Origin: Octopus vulgaris
Lineage: Eukaryota
Assembly: GCA_951406725.2 (NCBI GenBank)
Contig: OX597819.1
Coordinates: 87,544,001-87,608,000, forward strand
DNA length: 64,000 bases
Direction of reading: 5' to 3'
Within the stretch, counting starts at the first letter, position 1. Every line of letters begins with the position of its first letter. Shown one piece after another: positions 1-13,535 of this stretch. The position numbers and the translations under genes are program-made. A model generated the notes under the pieces. That model ran no database searches. It was given only the letters and a program-made list of their open reading frames with translations, and was not told where the DNA came from.

Positions 1-344
1 CCATTTCTAAGAAGTCGAGCGACCATAGCAGAGACATTATTTGGTAGTTAGTTCATAAAAACTTTTAAGATCAATGGATTACCAGATGCCTTCAAAGCAT
101 CTGTTAATCTGTTCCAACTCTTAAATCAACTCCACCATTCTTGTCAATTAATCGGATTTAATAACAAAATTATAGCTATCATGCAAGAATATGTAGTGTC
201 TTCTAGACTACATATATTTTATAAGAACTCGTGTAAAGTATTTCCTCCGGCTTGCTTTTTAATTGCATGTTCCATAGTTCTGCATCCCGTAGACGATCCC
301 TGATTCGGAAATTCCAGAGTTTTCAGTAGCGAACTCCTGCTTAC

Positions 345-541
345 CTCTGTAGTCGTGGTGTGCGCAGAGGAGATATTTCAGCTAGTGAAAGACCACTGTG
401 ATTAAAACCCAGACCAGACGTTGATGTTGCATTTCTCGATCGGGACATTTGGCGTGTCAGATCCAATTGATTGACAGTTTCAAATATTTCACAGAACCCA
501 GTAGGGGATTTTTTAAATGTTAACTTACTCGATACATCTAA
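345..541 (-). other. Candidate coding exon of an unidentified gene
   Basis: On the minus strand, acceptor tatag|TTAGAT (alternative ttag|AT at 537), 65 open codons LDVSSKLTFKKSPTGFCEIFETVNQLDLTRQMSRSRNATSTSGLGFNHSGLSLAEISPLRTPRLQ, then donor AG|gtaagc. Non-repetitive. No homology recognised. Confidence 0.25.
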
Positions 542-1388
542 CTATATTATTGAAATAATTTTCTTTGAAAAATGAAATAACTCTTCCACAACGACATTAC
601 GGCTCAATGATCACCTCACACACATTAAGCAGAACACTGGTATTTGATCCATGGAACATTAATATTCAGATTGTTTGTTCATAACACAAAATAATAATGT
701 TCGTCAGAAAGTTTTACAAAGCGTTTTATGATTATTAAAGTCTTATCACGTGTCATTGCAAAAGTATGCCATCATGGAAGCAATCATAGTTTTTTCTGTA
801 GAATGCTTATGAGATACCACTTAAACATAAATTTACAATGGCATACTTTTAAACAGGAGTGAACCGAAAATCCTCACTACAAACCATAAAAATTAGTCAT
901 GGCCTGAGCTGCTGTTACCTAAAAGCTTTCCGTCGGTATTTTGTCTTCTTTGATGAGATGAAAAAACTGAACTTAATCAGTAAAGCATACAATCTGAGTT
1001 TCGTATTGTTTGAACAAAGCACTGGATTTAAAGTAAATTAATCTTTAGTATTATTGTATGATTTAAAATCTATGTTAAAGTATATAGCACATCATCATTT
1101 GGGTTTGCTGAAGCACATCTGTCGAGTCACTTCAAAGATGACAACAACTCTACAATCTGCGGATTGGAATAATTAGTGATTAGTGCATCGCTCCAAAACC
1201 CAATACCGTCTTATGGTACTGATTTTTGGAGGCAAGCAGTTGTATTGAGGTACCCACGAATGTAGGGAGGTCGATTCCTTCTATGTATGTTGAGGCCGTG
1301 CACGCAGGGCCCTAATGCATTGCTTTGCTCGAGGACCTGATATGCCGTGACGACAGACCTGCCCAAACCTCGCTCAAATTGGATAAAT

Positions 1389-1600
1389 TACGAAGGGGTG
1401 TTGAAAAGTGTGTGGCTTTTGGTGACAGAAAATACAAGAGGATCAGTTAATTATGATTTTACTCCCCTCTCAGATTCACACACTTACTGCAGCTGTCCTT
1501 CAGCTTTTCTAAGCCCCGTAAAATAACTCGGACGGTTGAGCCTCCCACCAGGCCTTTCGCGACACCCTTAAAGCTAAGATTTTTTCAGCACTTCCTCGTA
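1389..1600 (-). mobile_element. Mariner-derived MITE (~215 bp), degenerate copy
   Basis: TA-flanked inverted ends TACGAAGGGGTGTTGAAAAG / TTTTCAGCACTTCCTCGTA. Same internal sequence as the copies at 19607 and 42061. Confidence 0.85.
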
Positions 1601-2064
1601 TATTATAATTACTATAGGGTACTGATAGGGCACAGAAAGTGTGTCTAAAGCCAGCTGGAGGAGGTGTCCTCCTGGGGCTACAAACTACAGTAGCATCCAC
1701 CCATTAGGGGTTAGCCATATTTAAATGGCAAATATACGTATAATTACTATATTATCTTGTAATACAGTTGTTCGTTTTAAAATATAGCTATTATAAATTT
1801 TATAAGTATTGCTGTATATAAAAAAAATTTTATGGGGTGGAAGTTAAGCGTCTGGCTACAAAACACAATGTCCCATTCAATCTCAGTTCCCAGGAAAGTC
1901 TTTATGGAGAATGGAGTGTGACAGTGTAACGAAGACAACAGAGAAATCGGTGAAAGAAATGCTAGGCGGAAAATGTAAATATTACAACTCCCACTCACCG
2001 ACATAGTTCTTACAGTACAGTCGTCGTACGAATAATACACAGTAAGCTATTTTTAATTTTATTG

Positions 2065-2240
2065 CTTGCTGTTTAGCCCCAAGTCAGCAATGATCAGACT
2101 TTTTGTTCAAAGGAGCTCCATAAATAGTCATTGTGCCATTCATGCTAATAGTGTATCCTACTTTATTTTTTTTTAAAAAGGTGTCATTTGAGAATGTTTT
2201 GGCTGCTATTTCTGATAAAATCGAGAAATCACGTAGAGGT
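2065..2240 (-). mobile_element. Short interspersed repeat, family C (SINE-like, (AAC)n tail)
   Basis: Shares the motifs gaaatagcagccaaa...gctggaatgcc...gctgacctggggctaaacaac with copies at ~5030-5180, 9910-10360, 33400, 34010, 42930 and 56425. Confidence 0.6.
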
Positions 2241-3254
2241 TCTCACTTTGAAGGCAATTTAGTGATCGATTTAGTTAGGATTTCATATACATCAGCGTAA
2301 TAATTACACGAGGTTTTGCCAAATTGTTGAAGCTTAATGTTTATAAGGTAAGTGCAAATATATAGAGGAAAAGAGAAAATTAGCCAAGTGTTAAATTGAT
2401 AGGTGGAATTAATTATTAAATTAACCAAAGAGAGAGAGAGAGAGAAAGAGACAGGGGAATATTAAAGGTGATCTAAGTGGGAGACAGCTGTCCGAATCTG
2501 TATATTATATAACTAGATTCTCAGATAAATTGTTGAATAAAATTCACGCTTCCTCCACTTGACGGAATCGTTGAATTTATATGAAATGTATTTTCTCAAA
2601 CACAGAAATGCGAAAGTACGTTTCGCTTTACGGCATGGCTTTCAAGAACTTAGCACTTCTATAACTCAGTGAATGTCTGTACTTTGAGTAATATTTAGAT
2701 TTGATTTAGCTGCGATGGGTAATATCTCTCGCATTATTCTTATATTTCGACAAAACATTGCTCCCGTTCCACCACAAAACCAAGCTACAGTTAATTTCGA
2801 AAAGGATTAACAGATGTTATTTGCCTGGAATATAGCACAAGAACGGAAGACCCAGTTTTCAGCCTCGTTAAAATGGCCATATTATTCGTTAGTGCAATTG
2901 TCATCGAATAACTGATTGCATTGGCATTAGTGTATAGGTGTTATGAAAGGGGAATATAAACAATCTAGTAAATATGATTTCATTTAAATAAATTCAGTGT
3001 ACATATAATGCCATGTAAAATAAACGACGACAAACTGTTTCGACACAAGGCTAAATTGTGCTGACAGATATAGCAAAATTATTCAAACATCAACTAAATC
3101 ATTCAGAAACTACAATATCAACAACCAGAGTTGAACTGTAAGTTGTAACAGTAGTTGTACTTCCCTTAAAGACATTTTCTACTCACCAAATTGAGTGTAA
3201 GCGCAAGAACTATGGGAAAGCAAATATAATTTAGAAATCTCAAAGTCAGTCATT

Positions 3255-3432
3255 TCGAGGGGAGAAGATTGGCCGATACCATCGGCCCCAGAACTTTACT
3301 GGTAATTTATAACAGACTCGAATGGATAAAAGGTAAAGTTGATCCCGGCAGGATTTGAACACAGAACGTTAAAAGCCGGAACATATACCGCAAAACATTT
3401 TCCGCAACTCTATTCTGCCAGCTTGCCACCTT
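3255..3432 (-). mobile_element. tRNA-derived SINE, family A (Meta/MESC-domain-like), degenerate
   Basis: Reverse complement matches the family A consensus ggcggcgagctggcagaa...gttcaaatt...ctttcatcc...gtaccag. Confidence 0.7.
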
Positions 3433-4659
3433 AATACAATTTTTAAGAATGTTAGTTATGTCCTCAAAAGATTGCTACATTTACTAAATGTTAGGTTTCC
3501 CTTCATTTAATTTTTATAGCTCTATCAGAAGAACATTTGCTCATGATTCCCTTTATAGGATCTGTGACTGATGGGATGTTATCTTCAAACAAGAAACTCA
3601 GGCCAAATGCAGATAACCAAATAATCAGAGATTGATATTAAACCAGGCAGCGGATTAAATCTACTTCTCAAGAACATTACGTATCTCCCTCACCGATTCC
3701 GTCTACAAAATTTCATTCAGAAATTTTGATTAAAACAAAGCCGTTAGAAGAGATATATGTCTAGAAAAAAATCGTAGTCGGTCGGATAGAACTCGAAACC
3801 ACGTAATTGTGAAAATTTGTGAGAGATTTTGTACCTTTGGTGATAAAGTATAAAATGCATTTTAGATGGGGGTCTAACATGCTCACGAAGTTTAAGCAGG
3901 TTCAATGAGATATTCAGATACATTTGCTACCAAAGTTAATTGAGAAGAAACAGATTATGAGATGTTATACAAAACAAACCTCTTCTGTCTAAACTGCAAT
4001 CGCTCTGTCTTTCTCTTATGGAATGCAACTCTGAACTACATGTATCTTTGTACATATTTCATACATACCACCACTGATAGTCTCTCTTCTCCACTTAAGA
4101 CTCCGATATTCCAGCCATACTAACACGTTATAGACTCGCTAGCTTGGGTGTATTAGCACACGTTTTTCATGCAGAAGACATCCTAGTGAAAGTTTCATTG
4201 TATCATTATTGTAACCCTTTGCCTCTCCTATGTATGACGTGATACAGAGGACATATTTCCCTGATGTCAATGCATCATATATGATACATATTACTAATTT
4301 ATTCGACTACTGGAGAACATGGAATTTATGAAAGAAAAGATTTATTTAACTCAGAGCGTATGAAACAAGGGTCAACTAAAAGTCTAAAGCCTAGCTTGGA
4401 CATTTATGATAAACTTATAAAAATCTAGGATTAGGTTAAGGGTTAAATTTCCAAATCAGTGAATGCATTTCACTAAATATCTTTATCCTTTTAGTCATTC
4501 TAAGGTCTAATAAGAGTTCGACATTCACTTCTCTGAGGAGGCCTAATAAAACCGAGCCGTGTCCGAATTAGATCCTTGTTCTAACCAAAGATCGAACTTG
4601 CTACCCTCTAGATAAACCCTTCAATGTTAAATTCTGGGATTGCCATCTTTACATAGTTT

Positions 4660-4664
<5 letters not shown>

Positions 4665-4728
<64 letters not shown>
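4665..4728. repeat. (CA)32 microsatellite
   Basis: Perfect dinucleotide run; one of dozens of microsatellites in the window. Confidence 0.98.
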
Positions 4729-4731
<3 letters not shown>

Positions 4732-5792
4732 AACTAGCAATATTTCAGCAGTTTATTTAATATGACAGAACGTCTATTTTTGCAGAGGAGAACTGAGGGA
4801 AACCTCGTCCCAGACAGGAGTTTAATTCGGAACACGCAGAAACGAGACACAGAATGCTGCGGACGTAGAGAACTAGAGCGTTTCGTGGTTAATAACGTTG
4901 GCTATTCCCAGACTGGATCTGACCGAAAAGGTCTATAACCAAAAGCATTTCAAGCGAGATCACATGTGTATGTGTGAGCGTGCTTGCGTGCGTGTGCATG
5001 TGCGCGCGAACGCGTTTTCTGCGTGTGTCAAAGACTGTTTATCCAATGTTTCATTTTCGTTCGATAGTAGCGTGTCATCTGAAGGAGATTTGGCCGCTAT
5101 TTCTATTTCTACCATGCTTGGTAACTGAATAGAGGCTGGCTCATTGTGATGATGTGTCAACTCCTGCTTGCTTGCTTGATCAGAGACCCGTTTCTGATCC
5201 TCATCTGCAGTCATTTCGCTTCAGTTGACATGACTAGACTATATGACCAGTTACAACTTTGATAATCCTTAGAGAAGCATGAACTCCATAACACGTCATG
5301 ACCTATTCAAGTTTAAATCTGAGGCAGTGTGGTAACATGGTCCCAGCAATTCGAATCCACAAACCGGTTTCTACTGCTGCACTTACTTAGGCCACTAATT
5401 ATCTTGGGATTAGTATAGATGCCATACAACCGAGTTCCTCTTCCCATCTTTGTGAGAAATCCTTTAGCAACGTATCATCAAAAATTTTTAATAAGATAAT
5501 GTGAAATATTATTTTAAAGTCTTCATAAAGACAATCATATAGAAAAGTTATATTTAGGTCATAATGAAAACACAGTTAACTAGTTTAATCTTTCCGAGGC
5601 AATATGCTTTCGATTGAAATTATTGAGAGCAATTTAAATGTAAGGTCTGAGCCAAAAATATTAGCGATATTTTGTAAATAATGAATAAGCAATGTTGATA
5701 TAAGTACAGGCTCAGTGACTTATTTATTATGTAAATATAATCTATTTTGTAAACACATTTTTCAACTTTTGGAGGGAGGGAGGGAGTGTGTG

Positions 5793-6825
5793 CAGCTGTC
5801 AGTATTACCATCTTTCAGATGTCTGGGGTGCATTCTCTCCGAGGTGGCAACGGCGTCCAGGGTTGCATTAAACAGGTATCGGCTACCTCTGGGGACCCTT
5901 ACCTATTTAAAACCCTTTCCTGTCCAATGCATTTCACAAGCCTAGCCTAAATATCTATGCTTGTTTTCAAGTTTTTAGTTACTGGAGATTAATTTATTAA
6001 ATTTAGTTGATGGGTAATATATGATCATAGAATGTTATCACACATGATAATAATTTGTATTAAATGTGATCCACACAGTGGATCATAAATGATTTTTAAT
6101 ACAACTCATGCGTATATCACATGTAATGCCCTATTTACACACGCCTCAAAAGTAAAACAGACACCTTTCATGATACCGCTTTATCTGTGTGAACACTATT
6201 TGGTGCGTCAAACTTGCTAATCTATTGTACATGTAAGGCGGCAAAGCTGGCAGAATCGTCACCGCGCCGAGCAAAATGAATGGTGGTATTTCGTCCGTCT
6301 TTCCGTACTGAATTCAAATGCCGCCGAGGTTGATTTTGCTCTTCATCTTTTCTGGGTCAATAAAATAAGTACCAGTTGAGCACTGGGATCGATATAATCG
6401 ACTTAACCCCTGCCCCGAAATTGCTGGCCTTGTGTCAACATCTGAAACCAATATATTTTACACAAGTCTACTAAATAAGAGATTAACTATTTAAACGTAT
6501 CAAATGACATTTTGTTTCTAGACATAAACTTTTCAAAATTGATTGTTTGTTTACGTTTGAGATGTCTATGTATATACATTAGCCCTTGTTTAGGAATGTG
6601 TATCATATCTGATTCATAGACGCCAGGGAAATATGACCTGTGTATCACAAGCGATGCACAAGACAGAGAAAGAGTTAAGGCAGCCTCCGAGTCCCTTCAT
6701 TTCTCCACAAAGGTCACCGTATACCAAACGGTTCATATCACCATCCTCCTCTATATCTGTGAAGCCTGGGTGTCCATAGAGCGCTCCTACATAAGCAGCC
6801 TTTCCGCACATCCACGGAATTACTG
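5793..6825 (+). pseudogene. RTE-clade LINE RT C-terminal remnant, split in two by later insertions
   Basis: 5793-5905 reads QLSVLPSFRCLGCILSE (cf. RTE FKYLGS.LS). 6690-6825 reads SLHFSTKVTVYQTVHITILLYICEAW (cf. RTE TK..VY...LLYGCEAW). Correct order; a family A SINE lies between them. Confidence 0.55.
6237..6452 (+). mobile_element. SINE family A monomer
   Basis: ggcggcaaagctggcagaatcg head, B-box-like gaattcaaatgcc, core ctcttcatctttt..gggtcaataaaataagtaccagttgagcactggg. Confidence 0.85.
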
Positions 6826-7531
6826 AGCGTAAGCGTATGCTTTTACTCTAAAACACTTGCAAAGATGAACTGCAAAAGTTTAGAAGCCGATCCACTTGGC
6901 GGCAGCTGTGTGGAAATGGTGTTCAAATGCTGGAAATGGATGAGATCAACCACAAAACAGCAAAAGAATCCCCAAATATTTTGCAGCAATGGTTGCTACC
7001 CTCATCGCATATTCATGTTCTGTCTTCAGTTATCCAAGATCTCATCGCTAAGGATGTATGACGTTTTAGACTTCGTCATCAAATCTTTGATGGACAATCA
7101 ATATTTTATATACATGCATATATATATATACATACACACACACACACACACGCACGCACATACTTGCGTGCGCGTGTGCACATATGGGTGTATTTATGCA
7201 CGAGTGTGTGCAAAAGTGCATCTGTGTGTGTTTTGCTTAGTCGGAGAGAATGGCAATGCCCATGGCTCTTTGCAAGGCCTTCAAGATTCACAAGGGTGCG
7301 AAGAGAAAGGGATCCGCAAACCGGAGAATTGATCCGAATGTTGACAACAGAGTGAACTAAGGACAAAAGCACCCAAAGACCAGATGGTGGTTTTAAACAA
7401 GACAACAGATATTAAGTCTAATCACCCCAGCAGGCCACCGTCGGAGTTTAATTCAGGGCACATGCTGGAACGAATACTGCAAGGTATGCTCTCCGACGCT
7501 CCATCGATTCCGCTACTCCATAACCTTAGAC

Positions 7532-7767
7532 CAGTGGTTCTCAATTATTTGTCGTCTATGGCTCTCTTTGATTCCCTTTTTACTCTACTGGACCACCACA
7601 GCCGTTCGATGTCTATAAACAAATCTTACTGTATTTTTATAATAATTAGGAACTGCATAAAAAAATAAAAAGTGTACTATAGAAGTATAAGCAATTTACT
7701 ATATAAATTTTAACGAAATCTTGCATGGATCTCCAAGGGCCATATGGATCTCGGTTAAGAACTACTG
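7532..7767. mobile_element. hAT (Charlie-like) MITE
   Basis: TIR CAGTGGTTCTCAA / TTAAGAACTACTG. Exact 8-bp TSD CCTTAGAC at 7524-7531 and 7768-7775. Confidence 0.88.
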
Positions 7768-9186
7768 CCTTAGACCAGTATTTAATTTGTCAGTCACATA
7801 AAGGCTCCTTCATTGATCGAAAGTCTAAGCTCAACACTTTGGCTCCCGAGCCCTAGTTTTTTCCCAGGGTTCCAATATGATATCTTAGTTAATTTTGATA
7901 TCAGCGCCATGGTATATTTTACATTATATCATGTATGAGTCAAAGATCACTTTTTTTTAGCTACAAACCCCTGGTGGATAGTTTGGTACCTTATGTTTTA
8001 TTTTCTATTTACTCATTTTTTTCTAAAAAATATTTACCTCAATACATAGTGAAACACAGTATGATACAAAATGTGAAAAATCGAAAGAAAAACCTAAAAA
8101 TAATAATTAAAATATAGAAAAAAATGTTCTAGTCTATCAAAATCATATACTTAAATAATCAAATGGCGTACCAGCTCCCAAAAGTCTCATAGAAAAGAAA
8201 TAACAAAACGACTCACAGGAGGTTTGCGTAGGTCGGCAAATATGCCACCACGATCCTCCAGTTGGTCGTATAGGAACCTAGGTGTTCATGTCGATTCGAC
8301 TTGCCTTTTTTTTTCCCTTTTCCCTACAGCTAGGACTTAACCAGCAATAATTTAGAAGTTCACATTCCACAGAAACTTCAAAATACTTAAAAAGCATGTT
8401 TTAAATTTTTGTGAGACATTCTGGTGTACTTTTTTAACGAGAAGGCTACCAAATTTTATAATCCCTCAGGGCCTCATCGACAGTAGTGTAGCATGGGGTA
8501 GATGGATCGCACTTCTTGAAGTTATGTTGAAGAAGTGGGTAGCCGTTTTGGTAACGCAGAGAGCAGCCAAAATCCACAATACGATACTGCTTACCATATC
8601 TAAATCCGTCAATGTATATATTCGATATTTATTATTACTGATTTAAGTGACAAAGCATCTCTTAAATCTGTGGCCTCTGTAGCAGTATAAGTAAAATCAC
8701 AGCTCCATTAACATTAACTTTCAATGCTGACAATATAAATCTGCTCTTGAAGAAGAGGAAACGAAATCCGATTTACTTGTTCGCTTCTTTTAGGATAGAG
8801 ATTATGGATAAAAAGTGTTTAAGCGCATGCTTATAGCGAACTTCAGAAGACAGCTAGAATTGCGAAGTCGGAAATTCAGATCTTCCGCACAAATCACACA
8901 CCAATGCAAACATTTTACAAGTGAAATCGTGACTAGTTTCTTCAATATGACAGAGTTTACTTGGTATTACTATTCATTATAAATCTCTGCTGTTGATGAA
9001 AATATGTTCTGTTCATGCCGAGTCAGATAAAAGAACAGACCTCATGACCCATAGAAGTGCCTCCCAGACGAGTGGGAGGAATAAGGCAAATTATCCCCAA
9101 CTCAAAGACTTGGTCTATTGTAATATACCGGATTCCGCTAAATGTACCCAAGAGCCAGTGATGGTTGTGGTGTTTAACAGGTCGAC

Positions 9187-9367
9187 CGAGCTGACAGAAT
9201 CTTTAACACGCCGGGCAAAATGCTTAGCAGTATTTCGTCCGTCTTTACACTGAGTTCAAATTTCACCGAATTTGCCTTTCATCCTTTCGGGGTTGGTAAA
9301 ATAAGTACTGGGGTCGATGTCATCGACTTCCCCTCCTCCGGAATTGCTGACCATTGCCAAAATTTGA
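9187..9367 (+). mobile_element. SINE family A monomer
   Basis: gagctgacagaatc...gagttcaaatt...gcctttcatcctttcggggttggtaaaataagtactgggg. Confidence 0.85.
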
Positions 9368-10671
9368 AGTTTAATTCAGGGCGCATGCTGGAACGAATAC
9401 TGCAAGGCATGCGTCCGACGCTCTAACAATTCCGCTACTCCATAACCTTAGACCAGTGATCCTCAACTATTTGTAGTCCATGGATCTCTTTGATTCCCAT
9501 TTTACTCTACTGGACCTCCACAGCCATTCGATGTCTATAAAAAAAATCTTGCTGTATTTTTATAATTAAATATTAGGAACTGTATAAATTCGTATTATCT
9601 CTCTCATTTTCACGGACGAAATGCGGTACCTTATTTTATTAAAAATCACCTTAAATAAAAAGACACATATAAGCAATATACAGCTAAGTATTCATAAACG
9701 ACGGAGAGAGCCGCTATACAGAAGGGACATGATTGGAACGGATCATAGGTCTACGCGATCAGAATTAACATGAGGGGTAAATCTCAAGAAATAATGTTAA
9801 TTGCTAGGTAATTATCTTCAATTGATTGATTTCTTCGCAAGCTTTGCATTTTTAACGTTTTAGTTTATTTTTGTTTATTGCCGAACTACAAGTTTCAGTA
9901 AAGCATGAGGTAAAAGGCGTTCCAGCCATGATCATCACGGTTTTTGGAGGGCGGGGTTGTTTTTCTTCTATATTAAGAACCACTGTCTAATGAATTCCAC
10001 CACAAGATCCAGTCCATGTTTGTCTCAATGATCCCGAGAGTTATGCCAGCAGAGTGCTAGCTCCAGGTAGGATCTCTCGTGCTAAACAGGTTAAAAGATA
10101 TACGCCAAATTAATATGAACTCTTTCCAGAGGTAAAAATAGGTCCGCGTAAAGTGGACACCCCTACCCACAAAAGAAGCAACAAGAGCTTATATAGTAAG
10201 GCACGCAGTGAAACAGGAAGTTTAGAATTAAAAAAAACAAAGGGGAGGGGTCGTCCATGGCCTATATTCCAGAGGGAGCGAAAGGGCTTAAGCAAGTAAA
10301 GTATCTAATGAAGTTTGGCTGCTATTTCTAGTAGGTTTAGTGACCACATAGGGATTTCCCTTTTTGGGTCAAGGTATTAGTATCTATGTAGACATTCAAT
10401 AGAAAAGTTACCTAACATGTCCGCAATATGAATTGTTTCTAGAATTCCCAGTATAACTATGAGAATTATCAGAGAAACTCACACATATGCATAAATGTGT
10501 ATGCGTAGATATTAATTGACTAAATCACCGAGACAGCGTGTTTGGGAATGAGTTGTAAATAAATTCAGATGCATACATTTTAATAAACATTTAACAAGCG
10601 TTTTAATTTCGATGAGCAAAACATACCTGTGTGGTTGAACAACAAGGTTTCTCTGCAGAACTCTGCAGATA

Positions 10672-11135
10672 GACGCAGGCATGGCTGCGTGGTTAAATCA
10701 GCTCGCTTTGGAAACAGATGGTTTCAGGCACCATGGACAAGTGTTTACAGCTATAGCCTCGGACCTACCAATACCTTGTGAGTGAATTTCGTGGACAGAA
10801 ACTGTGTGGAAGCCCATTGTGTGTGGTATACATTTGGGCGAAGGTAAAGAATATGCACACCACTCGTTTTCGGAGTTTAGGGTTAGGGTTACACCGAAAA
10901 CGCGTGGTGTGCGTATTCTTTATTTCTGCCATACATTTGTGTGTGAGTCTTTGTGTCTGACCTCTACCTTCGCCACCGGTATTCGTTTGTTTACACCCCT
11001 TTAAATTCACGGCAAAAGAGACAGATAGAATGAGTAGCAGAATTTTAAAACTGGAGTCGATCTGCTCGACTAAAACCCCTTCAAGATGCCCCGTCATTGC
11101 TGCAGTCCAAGGATTAAAACAAATAAAATGATAAA
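10672..11135 (+). mobile_element. tRNA-derived SINE, family B (CORE-like), carrying a nested MITE
   Basis: Head gcaggcatggctgcgtggtt, body ccttgtgagtgaattt..gaaactg..gaagccc, 3' part ggcaaaagagacagatagaatgagta...cgactaaa. Collinear with the copy at 60067. Confidence 0.8.
10837..10930. mobile_element. 94-bp palindromic MITE with TTAGGG core (Merlin-like)
   Basis: GGC...GCC termini, ~38-bp imperfect inverted arms around tttagggttagggtta, exact 9-bp TSD ATACATTTG at 10828-10836 and 10931-10939. Confidence 0.85.
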
Positions 11136-11850
11136 ACCATATGATGTGTAAAAAAAAGTGCCTCTGACGAGCTTGTAAAGGCAGACGAAACTATCTGAGC
11201 TTGCTGTTCATTCAGGTCTGTAAAGAGAACTTTGTTGTGTAGCTACAGGGTCTATTTGTACAGCAAGTTTGTGTGTAAGTAATGTGTGTATCTGAATAAA
11301 CAGGAGAAAGAAAACTCAGCGTGTATGTGTGTTTATTAAAGCTACATATGTAAATAGACTTAAAACTTATTCGCTCGCAACACGCTATATCCAGTACTGC
11401 AATTAATACAAAACTCCAACCAGAGAAGTGACAAGAGTGGGTGTCACCCAGGACAGCACTTGAGTTCGTCACACACACGCCACTATGATATAAGCCCGTA
11501 CAGGCTAATATAGCAGACCGAAAAGTATCGCCACCTTAAAGGGCCACCCGGGGTCGAACTGCCCTTATCACCCTCCTACCACCAATAACGCCCCTGACTT
11601 CAACTAGGGTTTGTTGTTATTGTTGTTGTTCACAGCATTGTTCATAAATGTTACGACCCATATCTGATGAAGTAAACATACCTGAGGAGCATGTAAAGAC
11701 AGGCGAAACTAATCTAGTTGTCTTTAATCCATTCTGCAGAACTATAATGCTATGGTTTAACCAAACGGTCTATTTGCACAGTGAGGCTAAATGAATATTT
11801 ATTAACAGTACCTGTGTAGATTTATTTACAACTTATTCAGATTCAGATTA

Positions 11851-12013
11851 TTGGCTGTGTGGTACGAAGTTTGCTTCCCAACCGCATGGTTCCAGGTTCA
11901 GTCCCACAACGTAGCACATTGGGCAAGGGTCTTCAACTATAGCCTCAGACCGACCAAAGCCTTGTGAGCGGATTTTGTAAACGAAAACTGAAATAAACCC
12001 GTCATGTGTGTGC

Positions 12014-12072
<59 letters not shown>

Positions 12073-12280
12073 TACTGTGTGTCGGTGTTTGCCCTAAACA
12101 CACTACCACTTGACAACCGGTGTTGGGGTGTTTACATCGCAGTAGTGGTTCGGCAAAAGGGACCGATAGAATCAGTACCAGGCTTTTAAAAATTAAGTAC
12201 TGAGGTCGATTCATTCGACTAACAATTCTTCAGAGTAATGCCCCAACATGGCCGCAGTCCAATAACTGAAACAACTGAAA
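11851..12280 (+). mobile_element. SINE family B with internal (TA)n(CA)n
   Basis: A-box tggctgtgtggta, B-box ggttcagtccc, CORE-like ttgggcaag, end catggccgcagtccaataactgaaac. Confidence 0.9.
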
Positions 12281-12914
12281 CTTTACCAAAATATATAGAT
12301 AAAATATGAAACTGCATGACCCAGTGGTTAAAGTACTGGGTTTACGTTCGTTACGCTCTAAGTTCGATTCCTGGATAGGGTAGTGCGTTGTGTCCTTGAA
12401 CAACCGGAAAGGAGTACCAGCAGTAGATAGGGATTAAACTCTTCAAAGATAGACGTGCCGTTCAGAGGGCAGTCATGTCGTGTCACTCATTTAAACCTCT
12501 CGGAAAGCGAGACAGACACCGGCCGAATAAGCTGTTAGACAGTACCATCTTACTAGAAGTATAGGTCCCTAGGCAAATCATTGAACTGGGCCCTATAATA
12601 TTTATTTATTTATTTATTTATTGACAGTAAACCACAACATACATAGAGTTGTACCCATCAACCCGTGAAGCCTCTGGGCAATTGCCCAGTGTGGTTATGA
12701 TCCTAGACAACCCTTCCAACAGACTCAAGGAATTCTTAACTTTTAGCATGTAGGGAAAACACACACATATCACTGTATGGCGTCTGTGTGTGTCTTTTCT
12801 TTTGATATGAATCTTCTTCGAAGCCAGACAGTTTTATGTGGGTAGATACGGTTGAGCACCTCAATATTGCAGCCACAACATGTTACTGATCTTTTCAAAA
12901 GAACGAAGAGGTGT

Positions 12915-13195
12915 CTACATGGTCGCTCAACTTTCACACCATACCGTCTTAAAAACCAAAAAAAAATCTAAAAGCATTAGACATTATTGTATTAGATATA
13001 TTGATTTCAAATTTTAGCACAAGGCCAGTCATTTCGGGGGAGTGGGTAAGTGTATTACATGGCTCCAGGTTCAGTCCTACAATGTAGCACATTAGGCAAG
13101 GGTCTGCAACTATAACCTCAGACCGACAAAAGTCTTGTGAGCGGATTTTGTAAACGAAAACTGAAATAAGCCCGTCATGTGTGTGTGTGTGTGTG

Positions 13196-13239
<44 letters not shown>

Positions 13240-13535
13240 ATGTGTCGGTGTTTGCTCCACACACACTCCCACTTGACAACCGGTGTCGGGGTGTTTACAT
13301 CGCCTCAGTGTTCAAATGCTAATTATTTTATCGACCCCAAAAGGATGAAAAACGAAATCGAATTCAGCGGAATTTGAACTCAGAACGTGAAGCCGGACGA
13401 AATACCGATTAACATTTTGTTCTGCATGCTGACGATTCTGCCAGCACGCCTCCTTACTATTGTATTAAGATATATTGGATGTACAATAATACGGGATGGT
13501 CGTGGTAAGAAAGTCTTTGATCATAGGTTTACTCA
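12915..13535. mobile_element. Nested cluster: family C repeat > family A SINE (-) > family B SINE fragment (+)
   Basis: Family C halves at 12915-12995 and ~13470-13535, family A halves at 13000-13055 and 13303-13457, family B fragment at 13058-13302. Confidence 0.65.

Noticed and set aside
4960-5214. 84-aa ORF with protein-like composition
   Set aside because: Overlaps a family C repeat copy (gaaatagcggccaaatctcc...).
5820-5876. Exon-like segment ttcag|ATG...CAG|gtatc
   Set aside because: Better explained as an RTE RT remnant whose similarity extends across both putative splice sites.
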